From Mayamaea pseudoterrestris (Eukaryota): a stretch of DNA of 64,000 bases. The stretch is taken from the NCBI GenBank assembly GCA_027923505.1, contig BROI01000009.1:248001-312000 (forward strand), in the 5' to 3' direction. The translations under genes were made by a program, and so were the position numbers. Position 1 is the stretch's first letter. Every line of letters starts with the position of its first letter. The notes under the pieces are model-generated. The model did not search any database. It saw only the letters and a program-made list of their open reading frames with translations, and had not been told where the DNA came from. Positions 1 through 12,071 of this stretch are shown piece after piece.

Positions 1-1718
1 CCATATATTGCGAGCACTGGGTCCACGCTGCAATTAAATGGAAAGTCTGCCCAAGTGATTTACAAGAAATTGTTGAGTCGCATACTCTGAGGCACGCGGA
101 AGCGAAAAAAGGAGTGAGTGGTATTGATACTGCTAAAAATTCCGACGATACTATTATGTTGTCGGGTACGGAGTTTGCGAACGCGGAGCAGCAACAATCT
201 GTTCGCGAAAGTCAAGAAGTTAAAATCGGAACTTGGTTCCCGCACGAGATGGATCTTGAATCGTTTTTTAGAAATGTTGAGCAGCATTTTCTAGAGGACA
301 CAACGAAGAGTCGTGCCATTGTGGACACGGGTCGGGAGTTGCCAAAGGGATTTGGAAAGTTGGCTGTTCAAGATCGGAAGGCATTAAAGAAATGTCAGAA
401 AAATGAGCTTTTCGAGGCTAGATTTGGCTTGTCTAATAAGTTTTCCGTTGCTCGCGAAGATCTTGTATCGGGACTTAAACAAGATGGAATAAGTCCCATT
501 GAAAACGTTTACTTAAAGGCGTTTCTCATGATGATTGGCGAACTAGAGGATTTCCATGCACTGCTTACTAACTTTACGTTGACTGACCAGGGAGACGGCG
601 TCACAGCCATAAATGCGGAGTTTAGTGTGAGCAACCTCCGTCTAATGACTGGCACCGAGATGCAACGCCGATTGAAGCGGATGGGTGCTGCATTCGAGGC
701 TGCAACAGACAGTGGTTATTTTCAGATCCTCGTTGCTAGAGCCGCTAAATCAGAGACGGGTTGGTCGGAACGCGTGCGCAATCAGGTGGTTAACGAATGT
801 TTGCTTGCTGATGACGACCTCGACGAAAGTGAGGACGACTATGTGCTTAAGGATATGACAACAAAGAACTATTCCATCGGTGAAAGGAATGAGGTTACTA
901 ATGGAGTATGGAACCAAACAGAAGATGACGGTCGGTTTTCTGTACAATCTCCAAGCAACGCTACCCAGGCACCTTACGGGGGCAGGCTCGGTTCGCAGCT
1001 TCTTCACGCTGTTGTCGAGCACGCGAAGGAACACCAGCCAAAAGTGATCGCGATTGGCGATGTCCACGGTTGCGCTGATGAGCTACAAGATCTTTTACGG
1101 GAGTGCGACTATAGACCAGGAGATCTAGTTGTTTTACTGGGAGATCTTGTGTGCAAAGGTCCTAGCAGCATCGCCGTCGTGGAGATGTCTCGAGAAATCG
1201 GCGCAGTCGCGATTTGCGGAAATCATGACTTTGAAATGAGACGGTGGCAGAAGGCCATCGATTCAGGAGTCGAGCGCCCTGCGATCGGTACCGAACACTT
1301 CCATATTGCCACACGCCTCTCCAAAGCTTGTTTGGCATGGGTGACTAACTTGCCTTGGTACATTTCAAGCAAGGAACTGGGCGCACTCTTCGTTCACGCT
1401 GGTTTTGTGAGTGGCATTCGACTTGCGAAACAGAATCCGCGCCTCATGACGAACATGAGGTCTATTTTGCCGGATGGAACTGTCACATCCAAATTTTTCA
1501 ATAATTGGCCTTGGGCGAGACTTTGGGATGGCCCTCAGACTGTCTACTTTGGTCACGATGCTGATCGGGGACTGCAACAATATGAGCACGCTATCGGACT
1601 AGACACTGGGTGCGTTTATGGTGGACGCTTGACTGCGTGTATACTTCCCGAGAAGCGACTTGTCAGCGTGAGTGCCAGGAGGGAATACTTCAAGTATCGA
1701 CGAAAGCACTACGACTAG
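1..1718 (+). CDS. ApaH-like / PPP-family metallophosphoesterase with long N-terminal region (5'-truncated by window edge)
   Basis: Motifs IGDVHG, GDLVCKG, GNHD, VHAG, FGHDA and GLDTGCVYGGRLTA. The frame is open from position 3 (IYCEHWVHAAIKW...) into the GTG at 114, so the start lies outside the window. Confidence 0.8.
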   Translation, partial: IYCEHWVHAAIKWKVCPSDLQEIVESHTLRHAEAKKGVSGIDTAKNSDDTIMLSGTEFANAEQQQSVRESQEVKIGTWFPHEMDLESFFRNVEQHFLEDTTKSRAIVDTGRELPKGFGKLAVQDRKALKKCQKNELFEARFGLSNKFSVAREDLVSGLKQDGISPIENVYLKAFLMMIGELEDFHALLTNFTLTDQGDGVTAINAEFSVSNLRLMTGTEMQRRLKRMGAAFEAATDSGYFQILVARAAKSETGWSERVRNQVVNECLLADDDLDESEDDYVLKDMTTKNYSIGERNEVTNGVWNQTEDDGRFSVQSPSNATQAPYGGRLGSQLLHAVVEHAKEHQPKVIAIGDVHGCADELQDLLRECDYRPGDLVVLLGDLVCKGPSSIAVVEMSREIGAVAICGNHDFEMRRWQKAIDSGVERPAIGTEHFHIATRLSKACLAWVTNLPWYISSKELGALFVHAGFVSGIRLAKQNPRLMTNMRSILPDGTVTSKFFNNWPWARLWDGPQTVYFGHDADRGLQQYEHAIGLDTGCVYGGRLTACILPEKRLVSVSARREYFKYRRKHYD

Positions 1719-1811
1719 CGAGTTACTTCCGCTGAAACTCAACGATCGCAATCTATTCTTCATAATTAAAAGACGCTAGTAACTCTTATACTTTAATATT
1801 CAGTACTAGGT

Positions 1812-2450
1812 TTATCGAAACATGCTGTCGACTTTTTGAGCCTCCCGCTCCATGAGTGCTATGGGTCGAAGAATATTGCTCTTATTTGTCTCGACAACAT
1901 AGCCATTCTGGACCATTTCACCTACTAGAAAATGCACCTCCTCCAACTGATACATGATGTCCAGCCTGTGGAAAGGAAGCGAAGCGTGAGAAAAAGAGCC
2001 ATGTTCCAGGTGCGACGCAGAAGGCGACTTACTCGCAAATGGAACCCGCCCACTTGTCCATTGTTTCCACAAGCGTATGAATAAATTCAAGCATTCCAAG
2101 CTCATTCTCCGTATTCTCCGCATCTCCCTTGTCGGGTTTCGTTCCCACAATGAAGAATAAACTGGCATAGCGACGGTAAATGACCTTGTATCCCCGATAC
2201 TCGAGAAAGCTACACTGGAGCTCCGACCGACTCAAGCACTTGCGAATGATTTCTGACTCGAGCGCGACACGCTCCTCCATAGATATCCATTCATAGTAAC
2301 TGGAGAAGCGAGTCTGACCTTGTTTATTACTGAAAAACACATCAGGTTGAGGAAAGATGTGAGCAACATCATGCTGTCTGTCTGCGATAACAATGCTGCG
2401 CTACTTCTCACTCCTTCTAGCACGTACACCATCAATATAAAGGAAATCAT
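1812..2450 (-). CDS. AP4S1: AP-4 adaptor complex sigma subunit (3 exons)
   Basis: Exons 2450-2428, 2329-2033 and 1965-1812 with GT-AG introns give MISFILMVNKQGQTRFSSYYE...CSFLEY...YRRYASLFF...ENELGMLEFIH...CELDIMYQLEEVHF...NGYVVETNKSNILRP, matching the sigma-4 adaptin pattern. Confidence 0.85.
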
Positions 2451-2489
2451 GTTTTACAAGTCGAAAAGCTGCATATATTAGTATTGTAG

Positions 2490-4598
<2,109 letters not shown>

Positions 4599-4707
4599 AA
4601 AGTGGCGCACGGCTATCAATTGTATAAGTGAAAGCTAGTCACATTTTGCTAGTAGATATGTAATTGGCGAGGGGTATTGGTTTATTAATGTACCGTAGCG
4701 GTATACA

Positions 4708-6246
4708 CTAATAGCGCTCAGCAAATTTCTGATTCAACTTTGTAATGCCGCTCCCGTCTTGATCTGTTGGTGCTCGCCAAGTATCTGTCCTAAAATCTCT
4801 TACAACAGATGCCATATTACTATTGGCAGAAGGTGCCTGTGCAGCTTCGGACATGCCCAAGTTGAGTATTGCCAAAGTACCTTTTCGTGCCAATGGTGCG
4901 CTTGGTTTTGATATCGGTAGTGGTAATGACGATGAAACTGATGCCTGAGATGCACCGAATGCTGTCGAACTATGATGAATGGCACGTGGTCTTTTTGGAG
5001 GTGGTAACATGGAATTCGTGTCACTTAAAGTTCGTGGAGGAGGTGAAACTATCAAGTCATTTGGCTTTTGCGAAGACGGACACTGGACCCGAACACAACT
5101 TAGTTTTACCGGCACGGCAGGTACCTGGCGACCACTTCCCACGTAGCCTGTAACCGGATCCACTGTAAGCTTAGGATTGACAAGCTTTAGGAGTTTAATC
5201 GTGGCGTGAAGCGATTTCTCAAGGGTACGCTGCTGAGTGTAAAGTTTCTCGAGATTATCCGTCGACAAGTCTAGATCGGTTTTTGCAAAAAAAGCTTCCT
5301 CAACGTCATCAGCATCCTTTAACCGCTGCAATCGATCCTGTTTCTGCAAATGCATCTGCTTGGTCGTCGCTACGGCTTGCTCTATTGTGCCAATTTGCTG
5401 TACAATCGCTTTAAATGTGACAGACAAGCTGGCCTCGGTCTCGGTCTCGGTCTCGGGGCAACGCCATCTGTCTGTCTTGTTAGTTCGGTCGTCTACTTCT
5501 TCCTCTTCCAATAAACAACTTTCGCGTTCCTTGCCTGTTGCAGGACTTTCAGGGTTCAAGTTTTTCAACAGCGAATCCTCAGCAGCTTGGATGACCTGTT
5601 GCAACTGCTCCTTCCGTGCGCGATTGCGCTCAAGTTGCCGCTCCTGCCCCTGCGTCAACTCACCTTTGACGCAAATCCGTTCCGACTCTTGCTGAATATG
5701 TTCCACTTTAATTTTGTTTGCTTTGAAACGCTCCCAGTCTTTGCGAAGCTTTGTAGGCACTTTTGACTCATCGCGAAATAATCCTTCCAGCGACAGGGGC
5801 AATTGATCAAGCGTTCCATGTTCAGTTCCATTACCACTAGCTGTGTTTACATCCTCCCTGACGCTTGTTATAATGTCATTTGTACTTTGAAACTCCATTT
5901 GGATTTGATCTGAGCCACTCGAGAGGTGTTGTTCCTCTAGGAAGTAGAGTCGAGTGCTTGCGCCAAATTGGATGACAGTCCCTGCTGTTAGCAATGATTT
6001 TTGCGTAATTTTCGTCCTGTCGACAAAAGTCCCATGCGTACTAAAATCTTCAATCGTCAATGAATCCAAATAAATGACCGCATGCATCCGCGAACAGCTC
6101 TCATGCGCCAAAACGATGGTCGCATCTTCAGACCTTCCCACCACCGTGGCCGGCTCAACGAGTCGATGCTGAGCAATCTGGACTCCATCTTTCACTTCCG
6201 TCAAGAACCACTGGGATTTAGGTCGTGTATCAGCATAGTCGCTCAT
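4708..6246 (-). CDS. FHA-domain protein, kanadaptin (SLC4A1AP)-like
   Basis: N-terminal FHA motifs (VGR, SCSRMHA, STHGTFV, FGASTR), a central coiled coil, and C-terminal WRAPTDQDGSGITKLNQKF resembling the kanadaptin C-terminus. Confidence 0.7.
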   Translation of the reverse strand: MSDYADTRPKSQWFLTEVKDGVQIAQHRLVEPATVVGRSEDATIVLAHESCSRMHAVIYLDSLTIEDFSTHGTFVDRTKITQKSLLTAGTVIQFGASTRLYFLEEQHLSSGSDQIQMEFQSTNDIITSVREDVNTASGNGTEHGTLDQLPLSLEGLFRDESKVPTKLRKDWERFKANKIKVEHIQQESERICVKGELTQGQERQLERNRARKEQLQQVIQAAEDSLLKNLNPESPATGKERESCLLEEEEVDDRTNKTDRWRCPETETETEASLSVTFKAIVQQIGTIEQAVATTKQMHLQKQDRLQRLKDADDVEEAFFAKTDLDLSTDNLEKLYTQQRTLEKSLHATIKLLKLVNPKLTVDPVTGYVGSGRQVPAVPVKLSCVRVQCPSSQKPNDLIVSPPPRTLSDTNSMLPPPKRPRAIHHSSTAFGASQASVSSSLPLPISKPSAPLARKGTLAILNLGMSEAAQAPSANSNMASVVRDFRTDTWRAPTDQDGSGITKLNQKFAERY

Positions 6247-6627
6247 TATAGCATACAAAGTATAGGCGCACAAATATTGTTGAAATTCGTTGCAACATCA
6301 AGATCATGGACGCGACGCGACGATGCTGGCAGTGGAAGTCACCGAAGTCGAATTCATTACCGCTTCACTCGGTCGTGAATTCAATTATTCATTGCCGCTT
6401 ACAGTACTGTATTACTACTTTGTTGCATCATTCTTGTCGGCCATGTTACTCGTCATCCCAGTGCATACTCTGCTTGACTTCTCCTGACAATTATAAAGAT
6501 ACTGGCACATCAAGCAAGAACAAGGGCAGAATTGGCGTTCTCAGAGTGTTGGAAAGTCTTACTCCTCCCGTAGACATCTGGCATTCTGGATTCGACCGCT
6601 CTCAAGGACAACGCTGGTATACCGGTA

Positions 6628-7959
6628 ATGGCAGCAGTCGGTAGGCAGATGATGAAACATTCGGTCATTATTTGTGTGCTAATGCAATGGCAACCATGCA
6701 ATGCGTTCCTTCTACCTTTCAATGCGCAAAGGCATACGAGAGTTTCCGGCCACATGTCTGTGGACGACTTTGGGTTTCCCGTCCATGATTCAGATGGACA
6801 ACTTGACAAGCGGCAGATTTTTACGCCACCCAGCAAGGGCGACTTGTATACAGACGAGGAGCTTGAGAACCTGTTCAAATTGCACAATCAAATAAAAGAT
6901 ACAACTAGCAAAAGATCCGACAATCAGTATCCGATACTGCCCTCCACCTCCATGCACGACATTGTCTTGGCGGCACTCAGAGACATTGATAGTCTTCCAG
7001 GAAAGTCTGTTAACAGCCAAAAACCAATCGACAAGTTTGCATTGCCCACCGTTTACCCCGTCACGCTCACGATGCGAAATGTACTACCAAACATTCGCAT
7101 GATTGCCTCAGATGTTGACGGCACCCTGCTCACCTCGCAACACAATCTACATCCTCGTACCGCGCGCGCCATTGAACTGGCATTGGCAGCCACCAAGGAT
7201 CCAGCTCAACCGTTAGAGTACTTTATTCTTGCCACTGGCAAGTCGCGTGCCGGAGCGTTGAACAGTTTGGGTTCCTCCAAGCTACAAATGATGCTTTCGC
7301 AGAATCCAGGCGTATATCTTCAAGGCTTGTATTGCGTGGATGCGTCAGGGCAAGTTATTTACGAGAAACGATTGGCATCCAAAGTAGTTGCGGCTGCTAT
7401 AGAATTGTCGATTCGCTCAGGAACGTCGTTGTTCTGCTACGACGGTGACTCTATCCAAGCCAGTACATCGTCGTCGACGAAGCACATACGTGAGTTTAAC
7501 GTTCGATGGGGCGAGCCAGAACCCCTACGAGTAGACGATAATCAGAGTCTCGTCTCTTTTTCGAAAGGATACCACAAGGTTCTCCTCATGGACGACGACA
7601 CCGACAAGATTCGGTCGATTCGTCCCCTGGTGGAATCGCTCGCGGCAAAATTTGGTTGCGTCGTTACGCAAGCGGTTTCCACCATGTTAGAGCTGCTCCC
7701 GCCAAACAGCGGCAAGGAAGTGGGCGTACTAAAGCTTTGCGAAGCCCTTGGTGTACAAGATGGAGAGCGTATGGCGATTGGCGACGGAGAAAATGATATT
7801 GAATTTCTTCGTGGTGCAGCTTTCGCCGTAGCGGTCGGCAACGCTGTTCCATTGGCCAAGGACGCAGCCGACTTGGTCCTAATGGAAACTAACAACGACG
7901 GAGGAGCTGGCGTTGCTATTGAGCTATTTGGTTTAAACAAGATATTCTTGGACGAGTAG
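6628..7959 (+). CDS. Cof-type HAD-IIB hydrolase, probably plastid-targeted
   Basis: Motifs ASDVDGTLL, LATGK, K(EVG), AIGDGENDIEFL, VGNA and NNDGG; leader ...CNA-FLLP. Confidence 0.85.
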   Translation: MAAVGRQMMKHSVIICVLMQWQPCNAFLLPFNAQRHTRVSGHMSVDDFGFPVHDSDGQLDKRQIFTPPSKGDLYTDEELENLFKLHNQIKDTTSKRSDNQYPILPSTSMHDIVLAALRDIDSLPGKSVNSQKPIDKFALPTVYPVTLTMRNVLPNIRMIASDVDGTLLTSQHNLHPRTARAIELALAATKDPAQPLEYFILATGKSRAGALNSLGSSKLQMMLSQNPGVYLQGLYCVDASGQVIYEKRLASKVVAAAIELSIRSGTSLFCYDGDSIQASTSSSTKHIREFNVRWGEPEPLRVDDNQSLVSFSKGYHKVLLMDDDTDKIRSIRPLVESLAAKFGCVVTQAVSTMLELLPPNSGKEVGVLKLCEALGVQDGERMAIGDGENDIEFLRGAAFAVAVGNAVPLAKDAADLVLMETNNDGGAGVAIELFGLNKIFLDE

Positions 7960-8044
7960 ACACATACATTATAATCTGCATCTGTATGTCAACTTGTATC
8001 GTGCTCTCACCGCTGACGTACGGTAACCTTTCCCAAACTCCAGT

Positions 8045-8770
8045 CTAAATAATGCGCTCCATTTCCGTCGCGTACGTCAAACTCTGATGGATCCATTCCA
8101 TGGATGGAATATCCGAGGCGGCATGCGCCGCGGGTGGCGGAGCAAAGGTAATTTTGTCCGGCTCCATGATCCAGTCCTCTCGCTCCGCCGCAACGTAGTC
8201 GAGGAGTTCCTGCTTGCTGCCAAACTTGAGCAAGTTCGCAGCATCTCCCAGAGGCAACTCCTGATAGGCTACTTCCAAACAATCAGCAATGCTATCGCGA
8301 ACCGTTTGCAATAAATGGTCCATGAATAGCTGGTAGGAAGGGTCTGGAATCTGTCCAACCTCATCGTAGATACCTACCATCAACTTTCTTTCCAACGCAA
8401 TCGGAAAGGAAGTGAGTGGATCTGACGCTTCCAGGTCCGTCAAAAGTTCCAACTGCGCATGAAACTCTGCCAGGCGATTGTCCACGAGCAGGTGCATGAG
8501 GTTTAACCCGGTTACCAAGGCTTTGCGAGGAGTGGAGACTCCGCTCTTGTAGAGCGGTTGAAGCTGCGCCATGTTACGCGCAAAAGCTTGTAAGTCTCCC
8601 TCCATGACGGAAATTAATACTCCAAGCTCGAGAGCGTAGGCAGACTCGTCGGAAGTGCCGCCGTGAAGGAGAGCAACCTTGAGATTATTCAACGACTGTT
8701 TGCTCTGGTCAATGTTCCCGGCTTTTACGAAAGATTCAAGTTGCTGCAGCAAGCTAGAAATACTGGACAT
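8045..8770 (-). CDS. RPN12: 26S proteasome lid subunit RPN12 (PSMD8)
   Basis: Motifs GLNLMHLLVDNRLAEFHAQLE, LERKLMVG and TVRDSIADCLEVAY, ending in YATEMERII. Confidence 0.92.
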   Translation of the reverse strand: MSSISSLLQQLESFVKAGNIDQSKQSLNNLKVALLHGGTSDESAYALELGVLISVMEGDLQAFARNMAQLQPLYKSGVSTPRKALVTGLNLMHLLVDNRLAEFHAQLELLTDLEASDPLTSFPIALERKLMVGIYDEVGQIPDPSYQLFMDHLLQTVRDSIADCLEVAYQELPLGDAANLLKFGSKQELLDYVAAEREDWIMEPDKITFAPPPAAHAASDIPSMEWIHQSLTYATEMERII

Positions 8771-9193
8771 GGTTCTATATGTGATCGTCGAGATTAATAC
8801 GCGTATCAAGTCTGTCTGTCAATACAGTAGCACTACAGCGGCGGTATCAACAAAAAGATGTCATGGTCGTGACGATGTCGAACGATGGTCGCAGACGATT
8901 GCGTCGCACCGGGCTCGTACATTACCATTACCGGTACGACGCTTACGATGATGACAACCGCTCGTTGCGCGACCGGTCACAACATGGAGCCGAGATAGCA
9001 CGAGTACAATTGAACCTCGTTGTCCGACTTGCCGAGCACATCAACGTTGTCTCGAAACAAAGGGAGACGAAACTTCGATTTACACTGGAGTGTTGGTCAC
9101 TCCCTTTCAAGCCGCAACTTTGTTATCAGTAGTCACATCTGTGCCAAGTAAAAGCAAAGGTGCTTCTTCGATACAGAAGCACTTCTTAATGTT

Positions 9194-10499
9194 ATGAGAC
9201 TATCATCTACTCGAAGTGTCTCTGTCATTATTTGTTTCCTTAGTGGTCTCGTCGTCGCTGCTTTTAGTTCTGCTACCAAAAACATGCCAACAATTGGGTC
9301 TAACAAAAGACGGCGAGTTGCTGTCCGACGAGGTTTGACGGAGAATGCCGATGAGAGCAATCGAGTAGGCAAGCTAGAAGAACTGAAACAAAAGGAGATT
9401 GAACTATCAAAACTACTAGCAGACGTTAGACGAGAAAAGATGTTCGAGCTACGCGCCAAACCGTTGCGAATTGGTATGTGCATGTTGCTATGAGGATTTA
9501 TGGTTTATTGTTCCATGACTCATGACTCGGATGAATGATGGTCTCATTATTCATTTTTTAGGAATTGTCGGCTTTGGACGCTTTGGCCAATTTATCGCCA
9601 GAACGTTTGCGAAGTATAGTCATGTGGTGGTCACCAGTCGCAGCGACTACTCAAAACTTGCGGCATCCATGGGTAATGTTACCTATGTTCCACTTTCGGA
9701 TCCAAAAGCCTTTCTTGACCAGCAGCTCGATGTCATTGTCTTTTGCGTCTCCATTACCAGTTTTGAAGACACTGTTCGACAATTTACGCCTTTTTTGAAG
9801 ATTCTTGTAGCGGCGGAGCGCGCCAAAGGTGGCATTCACTTTGCACCGCTCATTGTTGATGTACTTTCTGTTAAGGAACATGCCAGGGACATTTTGCTTG
9901 AGGAATTGCCGACAGAGTGCGATATCTTATGCACGCATCCGATGTTCGGGCCAGACTCGGGTCGCAATGGATGGAAGGGACTTAACTTTGTGTATGAGAA
10001 GACGCGGATTGATGGGTGTCTCTTGGATCCTGACACAACGTCGGACTCGGGTGAGAATTTTGTTGACGAGTTTGGTCAGAGACATTCGGTGCCTGAGGAT
10101 AGTGAAGCTCATGTGGAAGGCATGGATCGGATGGAGCGTTTTCTTTCAATTTTCGAAGAAGAAGGATGCCGAATGGTCCCCATGAGCTGCCGCGAACATG
10201 ACGCGCATGCAGCGAATTCACAATTTGTCACTCACCTCGTCGGTCGAGTACTTGGGCAGCAAGGTTTAGGAGAGACGCCCATCGATACAAGCGGCTTTCA
10301 ATCAGTTTTAAAGCTCGTTCAAACGACGACTGCGGACAGCTTTGACCTTTTCTACGGGTTGTACAAGTACAACCAAAAGAACAGTCTTTCCACAATTCAG
10401 CAGCTTCAAGCAGCCATGGACGACGTTGTGGCGAACTTGAATGCAAGGGAGAAGGAAGAACAGGAGGAGCGGGAAGCGACAAATGCTTCCACTTTTTAA
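9194..10499 (+). CDS. tyrA: Arogenate/prephenate dehydrogenase (TyrA family), probably plastid-targeted, 2 exons
   Basis: Exons 9194-9473 and 9562-10499 join to give IGIVGFGRFGQF. Also DVLSVKE, THPMFGPDSG and EHDAHAANSQFVTH; leader ...VVAA-FSS. Confidence 0.88.
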
Positions 10500-10570
10500 T
10501 GGCTTAATGCGTATGTATCAACTCTCTATGTTTACTGTATGTTCATTATATACTGCCAGCGTCACTTCCT

Positions 10571-11776
10571 TTACTTCGTCTGCCGCCGTTGTCTGCTAGC
10601 AGCTGCGCTCATAACGCTCTTGACGAGTCGAAAAATCAGATCCCCTGCGACACGCAGTGCAGCATAGTCCACGTAGACGATCCGCAACGCTTCAACGACG
10701 GGAGGTGTTTTAGCGCCGACGAAGCAACCTCGGACGACATTCAAGCGCCTACCATCACCTTCAGGCATTAATGACTCCCACTCGCCGAATGCAGCCAACA
10801 TTGCGTCATAATGATCACTATACTGTTGGCGTTTGCTATCAAGTCTAGTCCTTATTGTAGGAGGATGCTTTTTGAGCTCCAGCATGATTTCTCGCATCAC
10901 CTCTGCTGGGTTGCAGCGGTCGAGGCCGCACACGCTTTCTGCCGTTTCCTGCAGGCCCACCATCATGTCGACGAATGTAACCTTGTTGGAATCATCTTTA
11001 CACAAACGTTCCAGCAAATCGTCAACCGAATCATATCCAAGAACAGAAGTGGCCGTGTTGGTCAGCCCACTTTCGCGCAGTTGATCCACCGTCAAAAATG
11101 CATCTCCATTTAATCGAGCGGCGACCGACACAAAGGCGAGCCTGGTTGCTTCCACGTCGGCTTTTGACAATGCTGTGTTTTGTACAATCATATTAACCTC
11201 TTCTTCTCGCTCTCGCTGCGAATCAATCATGAGCTGCTGGAGTCGAGCGTACAACCACCGGCCTGCCACTCTCAAAGGATACAAGTCTTCGTACAAGACT
11301 TCAAAGGATCGATAGACGGGAGCGCATCCTGCGGATGCCGCGATCCCCTCAAAAACGGTGCGCATACGTGGATCCCGTAGAGAATCAATGTTGTGCTGAG
11401 AATAGTGAGCAAACTCTCCAAGCATATTGCGAAACTCCAGCTCCAGCTTGGTTAGGTTACGGTCCTTTAGTGGAGGAAGCGTGTATAAAACCCGGTCCTC
11501 AATCTCCATCATGGGACGCTCTGCTCCGAGGGCATAAGCAGTTAATTGTCTATGAGTCGGTAGATTACTGACGCGTGAATATATTTCTTTGACGAATGTT
11601 TGTGATCCTGCTGGCATCATTTGAATCTGCAGCGAGGCCTGATGCACCGTCGTAAATGAATGCACTCTGTGAATAAGCAGGAAGCAGCAAGGAAGGGCGA
11701 ATGAGCCGAGCTTCACTCTCCCTACCAGCCTTCTTGAGTATGTTCCATTTTTTACTATTCTCTCTAATTTAATCAT
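10571..11776 (-). CDS. Hypothetical protein with internal duplicated domain flanking EF-hand-like loops; possible plastid leader
   Basis: 401-aa ORF. A hydrophobic leader ends VHS-F. Two similar segments (YEDLYPLRVAGRWLY and YVDYAALRVAGDLIF) surround the loops LNGDAFLTVDQL and DDSNKVTFVDM. Confidence 0.7.
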   Translation of the reverse strand: MIKLERIVKNGTYSRRLVGRVKLGSFALPCCFLLIHRVHSFTTVHQASLQIQMMPAGSQTFVKEIYSRVSNLPTHRQLTAYALGAERPMMEIEDRVLYTLPPLKDRNLTKLELEFRNMLGEFAHYSQHNIDSLRDPRMRTVFEGIAASAGCAPVYRSFEVLYEDLYPLRVAGRWLYARLQQLMIDSQREREEEVNMIVQNTALSKADVEATRLAFVSVAARLNGDAFLTVDQLRESGLTNTATSVLGYDSVDDLLERLCKDDSNKVTFVDMMVGLQETAESVCGLDRCNPAEVMREIMLELKKHPPTIRTRLDSKRQQYSDHYDAMLAAFGEWESLMPEGDGRRLNVVRGCFVGAKTPPVVEALRIVYVDYAALRVAGDLIFRLVKSVMSAAASRQRRQTK

Positions 11777-12071
11777 CAGCTCCTAATTCTGCAACGAATC
11801 CCAGATATAGAACGGCGCATTAGCCCCATGGTAGCTGGTCGTCGTCGTTTTTCTGGAACATCGCGATGACGCTAAAAGATATCGTACCGGTATCTGGGTG
11901 AGTGCCGGAACGACGAGAAGTCACATGCCGTCATCACCCATTTTTGTTTCGTCTGCCTTTGACCGAATGATCAGCGCCATGCCGGCTGTTGTTGCGGTAA
12001 TCCTGTTATAGTTGAATAAGAAAAGACGGTAGTTGCCCCTGCACTACTCCCAAGCTTTATCTGGAGCTAGC

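Noticed and set aside
5436..5455. (CGGTCT)n short repeat
   Set aside because: It simply encodes ETETET in the kanadaptin-like CDS.
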